In this document: positions 1-9,710 of the stretch, piece after piece
Layout of the letters: every line of letters begins with the position of its first letter
Numbering within the stretch: position 1 is the first letter of the stretch
From: an uncultured Dehalococcoidia bacterium
GTDB taxonomy: Bacteria > Chloroflexota > Dehalococcoidia > Lucifugimonadales > GCA-002694895
Direction: 5' to 3'
NCBI GenBank assembly: GCA_964564565.1
Contig: CAZMBU010000001.1
Span: 1 to 36,476, forward strand
Length of the DNA stretch: 36,476 bases
The notes under the pieces: generated by a model
The model's database searches: none
What the model was told of the DNA's origin: nothing
What the model saw: only the letters and a program-made list of their open reading frames with translations
Position numbers and translations under genes: made by a program

Positions 1-1584
1 TGAAATATCTTCTAGGAGCTTACGATCTTTTACAGGATCTCCGTATTCATAAGCTCGATGTTGAGCTCTGTAAGATGCTGTATGTTCAAAAAATGTCACC
101 ATATTAACCATTCCATATAATTCTACTGCCGCAGCCCATAAGTCTGGGTAAACAGTTATACATGAAAGAGTCATAAATCCACCATAACTTCCTCCCATCA
201 CAGCAATTTTATCCTTGGATGCCCATCCAGATTCCACAACCCATTTCCACAGATATTCAATATCTTCAACTGAATCCATTCTCTTATAAGTATCATCCAA
301 ATGTCCGTATGCCTCTCCATATCCTCCGCTACCTCTGACATTAGGTAATAGAATACCTATACCTTGACTTACCAAGTACTGTAATTCTGGTTTAAATGTT
401 GGTCTTTCCTGTCCTTCTGGGCCACCATGTATAAGTATAAGTACAGGATTATCCTCTCCTTGCTTAAAATTATCTGGCTTAAGAAAAAAGAATGGAATAT
501 CTCTGTCATCAAAAGTTTTAAAGGAATGTAAGGTGGGTTTTGGTAAATCATTTAACTTAATATCTCCTTCATAAGCTTTTTTGAAAAACTCATATTTTTG
601 AGTATCTAAATTAAATTTTATAATTTCTGCATTTTGGTTTGTTGAATTAATTGTGAATAACAAATTTGATTCATCCAATATACACAACCCCCAAGCCCAT
701 CCTGGTTCCATAAAAGTGACTTCATGCGGACTGTCTAAAATTTTAGAATCATTATTTAATAAATTTAATATTCCTAATTTTGAATACCCTCGATCATTAA
801 TAAAAAATATTAACCGATTATTTTCAGAATCCATTTCAAAAAATTCCATCTCATGATCTTCCAAATAAATATAACTGAGCACATTGGATTGTAAATTTAA
901 TTTAGCAATACCCGAAAAATCCTTTCCTTCATTAGTAATCAAAATAATCTCTTCATCATTTTCAGTAAATATCGCTTGCTTAAAACCACCATTCAAATTG
1001 TCATCAGAAAGCTGAGTTATATTCCCTGATTCAATATCCAGGATTTTTAAATATTGATACCTGTTTGTACGTTCTTCAGTGAATACTATCTTTTTTAAAT
1101 CATTAGAATATGCTTTGAAAGCCACACTGTGAACATCATTGGATGTTTGATAAACCAACTCGGGTTCGTCATTAATGCTTTGAGTATATAAATCAAAATA
1201 AGCTGCATCCCTTTTGTTAGATGAATAAACAATAGTACTTCCATCAGTACTCCATCCACCAAAATCATTCCGAACAGACATATCATCAGATAAGGAAATT
1301 ATATTAGTGTAATCAGAAGCATCGATGAGCTTCATTTGAAAATTTTCATCCCCACCTTTATCTATACTAAAAAGTATCCATTTATCATCCGGAGACCATG
1401 AAACCAACGCAACTCTTTCTTTGTAATTCGTTAATGGTTTATGTTCGTTATTCTCATCACAAAGCCAAACCTGAGGTGTTCCAGATTTATTGTTTAAATA
1501 AGCGATTCTTTTTTTATCACTAGATGATGACGGTGAACAAGAATAAGGTATTTTAATTAATTCTTTAATATCAAGATTTGTCAT
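1..1584 (-). CDS. S9-family serine peptidase (prolyl oligopeptidase / acylaminoacyl-peptidase type); C-terminus runs off the left window edge
   Basis: Absent from the supplied ORF track because no stop lies inside the window. My translation of the minus strand from ATG at 1584-1582 stays open to position 1. N-terminal part: MTNLDIKELIKIPYSCSPSSSSDKKRIAYLNNKSGTPQVWLCDENNEHKPLTNYKERVALVSWSPDDKWILFSIDKGGDENF..., propeller-like. Near the edge: ...VLILIHGGP...KIAVMGGSYGGFMTLSCITVYPDLWAAAVELYGMVN... GGSYGG is the GxSxGG nucleophile elbow of S9 peptidases and is in frame with the ATG. An AAGGAG Shine-Dalgarno lies about 7 nt upstream. Confidence 0.85.
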   Translation of the reverse strand, partial: MTNLDIKELIKIPYSCSPSSSSDKKRIAYLNNKSGTPQVWLCDENNEHKPLTNYKERVALVSWSPDDKWILFSIDKGGDENFQMKLIDASDYTNIISLSDDMSVRNDFGGWSTDGSTIVYSSNKRDAAYFDLYTQSINDEPELVYQTSNDVHSVAFKAYSNDLKKIVFTEERTNRYQYLKILDIESGNITQLSDDNLNGGFKQAIFTENDEEIILITNEGKDFSGIAKLNLQSNVLSYIYLEDHEMEFFEMDSENNRLIFFINDRGYSKLGILNLLNNDSKILDSPHEVTFMEPGWAWGLCILDESNLLFTINSTNQNAEIIKFNLDTQKYEFFKKAYEGDIKLNDLPKPTLHSFKTFDDRDIPFFFLKPDNFKQGEDNPVLILIHGGPEGQERPTFKPELQYLVSQGIGILLPNVRGSGGYGEAYGHLDDTYKRMDSVEDIEYLWKWVVESGWASKDKIAVMGGSYGGFMTLSCITVYPDLWAAAVELYGMVNMVTFFEHTASYRAQHRAYEYGDPVKDRKLLEDIS

Positions 1585-1634
1585 TATTTTCTCCTTATTT
1601 TTATAATTCTGTATTTAAATTATGAGTTTGTGTA

Positions 1635-1662
1635 TTGAAAAATTTTTTTATAAGCCTAAGAT
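1635..1662 (+). promoter_or_regulatory. Putative sigma70-type promoter for the ABC exporter operon (TTGAAA-N16-TAAGAT)
   Basis: TTGAAA at 1635-1640 and TAAGAT at 1657-1662 with a 16-nt spacer, about 17 nt upstream of the ATG at 1679. No SD is visible, so the leader would be very short. Motif match only. Confidence 0.3.
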
Positions 1663-1678
1663 ATTCTAAGATAAAAAA

Positions 1679-3424
1679 ATGAATGTTTTACTAAGAATAA
1701 CTTCTTATACTCTAAAATTCAAACTCTATTTAATACTTGGTTACATTTGCACTATAGGTGCTGTAATTAGCTATCTCCTCATCCCTGAATTACTTGGAGG
1801 CATTGTAGACAAAATCGACCCAAATGCAAACAATGAATCCTTTTATAAATCTTTTGATATCATCCTACTTTTAATATTCTTATTTATATTGGGTTTAACA
1901 AGAGGAATGTTTTCTTACGGTCAAAACTATTTTGGCGAAGCATTATCATTTAAAGTTTCCAAAGTGCTAAGAGATCAACTTTATGATAAAACACAAAAAC
2001 TAGATTTTTATTTTCATGATAAAACACACACAGGGGAATTGATGTCTAGGGTAATAGTGGATATAGAGGGAATGAGAATGTTTATTCCAATGGGAATAGT
2101 AAGATCTCCTTATGTCTTCCTTATGTTTCTTTGCAGCATAACTTTACTCTTAATAAAAAACTTTGAACTAGCCATATATGCCTGCTCATTTTTAGTATTG
2201 GCCGGATTTATTGCTGCCAAAATGCGTTTAAAGTTAAGACAAATCTGGTTAAAAATCCAACAAAAAAATGCACAATTAAATGCTTTGTTACAAGAAAATT
2301 TAAACGGTATCAAAGTTGTTAAAGCATTCTATGCTGAAAATCATCAAATTAACAAGTTTAGTAATACTAATGAGGAATTTAAAGAATTAAATATTGGTGT
2401 TGAAACTTTCAGGGCCGTTACAATGACCACTGTCTTATTTGCGTACTGGGCTACGTTAGCTTTAATACTTGCTATAGGGGGATTAAAAGTAATAAATGGT
2501 GAAATGAGTATTGGAGATTTAACAAGCTTTATGTTTTATATGCAACTTCTGGCAATGCCAGTAAGAATGATAGGCTGGTTATTAAATGCATCTACAAGAG
2601 GATCAACTTGTGGAAAAAGAATCTTTGATATATTAGACACTCAACCACAAATAATCAATCCTCCAAACACAAATATAAACTTCTACAAAATGAAGGGCGA
2701 AATCATTTTCAAAAACGTTTCTCATCAATTTCCTAATGCAAAATCTGAAAGTTTAAAAAATGTAAACTTATCAATAGAACGAAATCAAAGCATTTCAATT
2801 ACAGGGGAAGCTGGTAGCGGCAAAAGTACTTTAGTTCAATTATTGCTACGTTTTTACGATCCAATTAACGGAGGAATTTATATTGACGGGAAAAATATAA
2901 AAGAAATTGATCTTGGTATACTAAGAAAAAATATAGGTTATGTGCACCAAGATGTATTTATATTTAATGAAACATTTAAAAATAATATAAGCTATGGAAA
3001 TCCAAGTGCTTCAATGGATAAAATTATTGAAGTGGCACAAATAGCACAAATTCATGAATATATTAATTCTCTACCTGATAAGTATGATTCTTTAATATCT
3101 GAAAATGGTGCAAATTTGTCCGGTGGGCAAAAACAAAGATTAAGTATTGCCCGAACATTACTCTTAGATCCTCCAATTCTTATACTTGACGATTCTACAT
3201 CAAGCGTTGATGCGACTACGGAAAAAGATATTCAATTAGCTATAAATAAATTGGTTTCCGGGCGAACTGTTATAACCATTGCTCATAAATTAAATAATTT
3301 TAATCAAGCAAGTAATATTGCGGTAATGAATAAAGGTGAAATCACTGAATATGGCACTCATGATGAATTAATTAATAAAAACGGGATATATAAAAATATA
3401 TATGATTTACAAACTACAAATTAA
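1679..3424 (+). CDS. ABC exporter, fused permease/ATPase half-transporter (ABCB/MsbA-like), subunit 1 of a heterodimer
   Basis: 581 aa. N-terminal six-helix TMD followed by an NBD with Walker A GEAGSGKST, signature LSGGQKQR and H-loop IAHKL. Walker B is ILILDD followed by S, so the catalytic Glu is replaced by Asp. Confidence 0.9.
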   Translation: MNVLLRITSYTLKFKLYLILGYICTIGAVISYLLIPELLGGIVDKIDPNANNESFYKSFDIILLLIFLFILGLTRGMFSYGQNYFGEALSFKVSKVLRDQLYDKTQKLDFYFHDKTHTGELMSRVIVDIEGMRMFIPMGIVRSPYVFLMFLCSITLLLIKNFELAIYACSFLVLAGFIAAKMRLKLRQIWLKIQQKNAQLNALLQENLNGIKVVKAFYAENHQINKFSNTNEEFKELNIGVETFRAVTMTTVLFAYWATLALILAIGGLKVINGEMSIGDLTSFMFYMQLLAMPVRMIGWLLNASTRGSTCGKRIFDILDTQPQIINPPNTNINFYKMKGEIIFKNVSHQFPNAKSESLKNVNLSIERNQSISITGEAGSGKSTLVQLLLRFYDPINGGIYIDGKNIKEIDLGILRKNIGYVHQDVFIFNETFKNNISYGNPSASMDKIIEVAQIAQIHEYINSLPDKYDSLISENGANLSGGQKQRLSIARTLLLDPPILILDDSTSSVDATTEKDIQLAINKLVSGRTVITIAHKLNNFNQASNIAVMNKGEITEYGTHDELINKNGIYKNIYDLQTTN

Positions 3425-3439
3425 AATTGTGAAATTATT

Positions 3440-5254
3440 ATGATAGGACATACATTTGGCCCAATGTCTAGGGGGAATAGCGATGATGAAATGTTTGGCA
3501 AATTATATGATATAAATGTCATTAAAAGAATTACTCCTTATATATGGAGATACAAAAAATATTCTGCAATTGGGGCAATATGCACACTTATTTCAGCAGG
3601 ATTAGCAGTACTAATACCATATTTCATCAAAATTGGCATTGATGATTATATAAATAATACAAATATCAGTATTGCCAGTCAAAAATCAGGATTAATAGAA
3701 TTATCAATAATATTTGCACTAACTATGCTTGCGGCATGGATTACAAATTATATAGGGCAAATATATTTAGCCAGGGTTGGGCAATATGTTTTAAGAGATA
3801 TTCGTATAGACATGTTTACCCATCTTCAAAAACTGAATTTAAATTATTTTCAGGAAACAAAATCTGGTAGCATTATGTCAAGAATGATGGGAGATACTTC
3901 GCAATTACAAGAATCATTTGCAATTGTTGTAATGACACTTGCAGATATTCTTAGCCTTGTTGGGATTTGCACAACACTATTATTAATGAACTTTAAAATT
4001 GGAATTTCATCTTTAGCAGTAGTCCCATTACTATTTTTTGCTGTGATGATTTGGCAACCAATAGCAAAAAAAGCATTTATAAATGTAAGAATAGCAATTT
4101 CACAAGTTCTATCTTCATTTAGTGAAAACCTAAATGGAATTAAAGAAGTACAAAATTTCAATAGAGAAGATAATAATTATAAATATTTCAGCAATCAAAC
4201 TGATGATCATATAAAGGCAGCTTTAAAAGCTCAAAAATTATCTTCAGCTCTATTGCCACCAGTTGATATTCTAACCAGCACAGCAATAATAATAGCAAGT
4301 TTTGTGGCAAGTAAATTAATATTAAATGATGCTGCTGAAATTGGAGTCATAATCGCTTCAGTTTTATATATTCAAAGACTATTTGATCCGATCAGAAACC
4401 TAATGATGCAATATACACAAATACAAAGATCCATGGCATCCGGATCAAGATTATTTGAATTTCTTGATATAAAAAACTCAATACATGAACTAAAAATTGA
4501 TAATCCAAAAAATATCATCAAAGGGCAGGTGGAATTTAAAAATTTCCATTTTGCTTATGATAACGATATTGAAGTCTTAACAAATATTAATATGAAAATT
4601 CAAGAAGGTTCAACAATAGCTTTTATTGGAGATACCGGAGCTGGGAAAACTACATTAGCATCACTGATAACCGGGCTTTATCCACCTAACAATGATAAAG
4701 GGCAATTAAGCATAGATAACATTCCTATAGAAAATTATTCAAGATCAGATTTAGGATCTCAAATTGCAATGGTTTTACAAGATCCTTTTTTATTCCAGGG
4801 AAGTTTAAAAGAAAATTTAAAATTTAATCAAGAATCTGCAACAGATGAAGAAATGATAAATGCGTGTAAATCAATAGGTATTCATGATTATATTATTTCT
4901 CTTGATAACGGATATGATACTTCTGTATCTGAAAGAGGGGTGAATATGAGCCAAGGGCAACGACAACTTATGGGTTTTGCCAGGGCATTAATTAAAAATC
5001 CAAAAATTTTAATTCTTGACGAAGCTACTTCTAATATCGACAGTATAAGTGAACAAAAAATACAAAATGCCTTAAAAGTCCTTTTTGAAAACAGAACATC
5101 CATAGTAATAGCACACAGATTATCTACAATTAAATTGTCAGATAATATTTTTGTAATCAAAGGTGGAAAAATTGTTGAACAAGGTGATCATACTACACTG
5201 ATGAATTTAGAAAAAGAATATTTCAAATTTACCGAATCATCTTTTCAAAATTAA
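3440..5254 (+). CDS. ABC exporter, fused permease/ATPase half-transporter, subunit 2 of a heterodimer
   Basis: 604 aa. TMD plus NBD with Walker A GDTGAGKTT, canonical Walker B ILILDEAT, H-loop IAHRL and a degenerate signature MSQGQRQ. The start is uncertain: ATG 3440 has no SD, and the ATG at 3464 is an alternative. Confidence 0.9.
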   Translation: MIGHTFGPMSRGNSDDEMFGKLYDINVIKRITPYIWRYKKYSAIGAICTLISAGLAVLIPYFIKIGIDDYINNTNISIASQKSGLIELSIIFALTMLAAWITNYIGQIYLARVGQYVLRDIRIDMFTHLQKLNLNYFQETKSGSIMSRMMGDTSQLQESFAIVVMTLADILSLVGICTTLLLMNFKIGISSLAVVPLLFFAVMIWQPIAKKAFINVRIAISQVLSSFSENLNGIKEVQNFNREDNNYKYFSNQTDDHIKAALKAQKLSSALLPPVDILTSTAIIIASFVASKLILNDAAEIGVIIASVLYIQRLFDPIRNLMMQYTQIQRSMASGSRLFEFLDIKNSIHELKIDNPKNIIKGQVEFKNFHFAYDNDIEVLTNINMKIQEGSTIAFIGDTGAGKTTLASLITGLYPPNNDKGQLSIDNIPIENYSRSDLGSQIAMVLQDPFLFQGSLKENLKFNQESATDEEMINACKSIGIHDYIISLDNGYDTSVSERGVNMSQGQRQLMGFARALIKNPKILILDEATSNIDSISEQKIQNALKVLFENRTSIVIAHRLSTIKLSDNIFVIKGGKIVEQGDHTTLMNLEKEYFKFTESSFQN

Positions 5255-6279
5255 TTCAATAAAGTCCCCTGTGCAGGTTCATCTCGAATATCTATTCCTA
5301 AATGCTTATAAGCTAGTTTTGTTGCTATTCGCCCTCTATTTGTTCTGGAAATAAATCCTAAATTTAATAAAAATGGTTCAATCACATCTTCAACTGTATT
5401 TGGATCTTCACTTATTGAAGCCGCAAGTGTTTGAAGACCTACTGGGCCTCCATCAAATTTTTTCACTAAGGATTCCAATAACTCCACATCGATTTTATCT
5501 AAGCCTAAATTATCAACTTCCAGTTGATCTAAAGCTTTTTTAACTATATTGGCATTTATATTTCCATTTGACTGTACTTCCGAAAAATCTCTGACTCTTC
5601 TAAGTAATCTATTAGCTATTCTTGGAGTTTTTCTTGATCTTATAGCTATTTCTTTTATACCCTCACTATCCGAATTAATTTTTAATATTTTAGTTGATCT
5701 GTAAAGTATATCTGCCATTTCTGAATCAGAATAAAAATTCAATCGATAAACTGAACCAAATCTGTCTCTTAAAGGCGCGCTTAGCATGCCAAATTTAGTT
5801 GTTGCCCCAATAAGGGTAAACGGTTGTATTCCTAAGTTTACACTCCTGGCTTTTAATCCTTGTTCTATTACCCATGAAACTCTATATTCTTCCATGGCAG
5901 AATACAAGACTTCCTCAGAAATTTTATTCAGTCTGTGTATCTCGTCAATGAATAAAATATCGCCTTTTTGAAGGCGTGTTAAAATTGATACCAAATCGCC
6001 AGCTTTTTCAATAGCTGGCCCTGAAGTAACTTTAATTGCAGATTTCATTTCATGCGAAATAACATGCGCCAATGTTGTTTTTCCCAGCCCAGGAGGCCCA
6101 TAAAGCAAAGTGTGATCTAACGATTCCAATCGCTGATTTGCTGCTTTTATAGATATAGACAATGTTTCCTTAATTCTTTGCTGACCAACATAGTCTGTAA
6201 ATTTTTTGGGTCTTAAAGAAAGTTCGGAATTAATATCCTCAACAGAAATTTCAGGGTTGATAACTCTTTTGTTTTCCAA
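5251..6279 (-). CDS. ruvB: Holliday junction branch-migration helicase RuvB
   Basis: 342 aa. LRPKKFTDYVGQ, AAA+ Walker A GPPGLGKTTLA, Walker B LFIDEIHRL, sensor and winged-helix C-terminal (RTPRIANRLLRRVRD). No ruvA is adjacent. Confidence 0.95.
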   Translation of the reverse strand: MENKRVINPEISVEDINSELSLRPKKFTDYVGQQRIKETLSISIKAANQRLESLDHTLLYGPPGLGKTTLAHVISHEMKSAIKVTSGPAIEKAGDLVSILTRLQKGDILFIDEIHRLNKISEEVLYSAMEEYRVSWVIEQGLKARSVNLGIQPFTLIGATTKFGMLSAPLRDRFGSVYRLNFYSDSEMADILYRSTKILKINSDSEGIKEIAIRSRKTPRIANRLLRRVRDFSEVQSNGNINANIVKKALDQLEVDNLGLDKIDVELLESLVKKFDGGPVGLQTLAASISEDPNTVEDVIEPFLLNLGFISRTNRGRIATKLAYKHLGIDIRDEPAQGTLLN

Positions 6280-6424
6280 AAATTAACCTAATTTAAATTT
6301 ATCTTAATTACATATTAACAAAAATAGTATCTTAAAACTGAATAGTAAAAAATATTATATATAGTCTTAAGTTATATTGTTAATTTTTAATAACTTTGTT
6401 AAAATTTAATATTCAGATAAATAA

Positions 6425-8587
<2,163 letters not shown>

Positions 8588-8631
8588 AAATCACCACATT
8601 AAATGTTTTGAAATCTAAACATCTAATTTAA

Positions 8632-8661
8632 TTGACCTTTACTTTTTTTTTCCTTTATAAT
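8632..8661 (+). promoter_or_regulatory. Putative sigma70-type promoter for pheST (TTGACC-N18-TATAAT)
   Basis: TTGACC at 8632-8637 and TATAAT at 8656-8661, about 38 nt upstream of the pheS start. Motif match only. Confidence 0.35.
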
Positions 8662-8699
8662 TATAAACCTATTAATAATATTCAGGATTTTTATAGGCT

Positions 8700-9704
8700 T
8701 TGAATAAAAATAAAATTTATTTAAAAAATTTACAATTAGAAGCTAGTAACTCAATCAAAAACATAACTTCTAAAGAAGAAATAGAAAATTGGAGAATTAA
8801 CTATCTGGGAAGAAAAGGCAAAATTTCCGATTTTTTCCAAACATTTAAAAATTTAAAGTCAAAAGAAAAAAATGAATTGGGATCATTGGCTAACAATATA
8901 AAAAATACTTTGGAGAAACTTTATAAAGAAAAATCCCAATCTTTAAATAAACAAAATAATTTAAAAAATGAATTTTTTGACTTCACCTTACCCAGTCCGC
9001 CAATTTCTACAGGAAGTATTCACCCAACAAATCAGATGATGCAAGAAATCTGTACAGCTTTCAATAAACTTGGGTTTAACATATTTGAGGGACCCGAAAT
9101 TGAATCAGAAACTTATGCTTTTGATAAATTAAATATTCCTACTAATCATCCGGCCAGAGATATTTTGGATACAATTTATGTTAAAGATGTCAATGAAATT
9201 AAATCTCTTGTATTAAGACCACACACTTCGCCAATGCAAATCAGAATAATGGAAAACAACGAGCCACCTATACGTGTTGTTATACCTGGTAAATGTTATA
9301 GATACGAAGCAACTGACAATACACACGATTGGCACTTCCATCAAATTGAATGTTTGGTAATTGATAAAAATATTAATTTTTCAAATATGAAATCTACTCT
9401 TTTTGAATTTGCAAGAATAATTTTTGGCGAAGATACGAAGGCAAGATTTCGATGTGATTTTTTTCCTTTTGTTGAACCAGGTGCTGAAATGTCAATTAAT
9501 TTTAAACAAAATGAATGGCTAGAGTTAATGGGTGCTGGGATGGTTCATCCTAAAGTTCTTTTAAACGTTGGTCTCGATCCGGAAATTTATTCGGGATTTG
9601 CTTTTGGTTTAGGGATAGAACGTGCAGCAATGATCAAATACGGTATAGAAAATATCAGAGATTTCTATGCAAATGATTATCAATTTTTAAAACAATTTAA
9701 ATAA
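8700..9704 (+). CDS. pheS: Phenylalanine--tRNA ligase alpha subunit
   Basis: 334 aa. N-terminal coiled-coil region (WRINYLGRKGKIS), HPARD, and class II motifs LRPHTSPMQIR, FRCDFFPFVEPGAEM and GFAFGLGIERAAMIKYGI. TTG start with a weak SD. Confidence 0.95.
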   Translation: MNKNKIYLKNLQLEASNSIKNITSKEEIENWRINYLGRKGKISDFFQTFKNLKSKEKNELGSLANNIKNTLEKLYKEKSQSLNKQNNLKNEFFDFTLPSPPISTGSIHPTNQMMQEICTAFNKLGFNIFEGPEIESETYAFDKLNIPTNHPARDILDTIYVKDVNEIKSLVLRPHTSPMQIRIMENNEPPIRVVIPGKCYRYEATDNTHDWHFHQIECLVIDKNINFSNMKSTLFEFARIIFGEDTKARFRCDFFPFVEPGAEMSINFKQNEWLELMGAGMVHPKVLLNVGLDPEIYSGFAFGLGIERAAMIKYGIENIRDFYANDYQFLKQFK

Positions 9705-9710
9705 ATTATT

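Noticed and set aside
3850-4161. Other 85-110 aa antisense or overlapping ORFs: 3850-4161(-), 10481-10786(-), 22735-23043(-), 24595-24915(-), 35002-35334(+), 18095-18379(+), 19231-19503(+).
   Set aside because: Each is embedded in a gene with strong family signatures on the opposite strand. None has an SD or a recognisable domain. They are treated as shadow ORFs.
8588-8699. A possible T-box leader upstream of pheS, as in Firmicutes aminoacyl-tRNA synthetase genes.
   Set aside because: Only about 110 nt are available. There is no T-box consensus (AGGGTGGTACCGCG-like), no specifier-loop architecture and no terminator/antiterminator pair. A simple promoter fits better.
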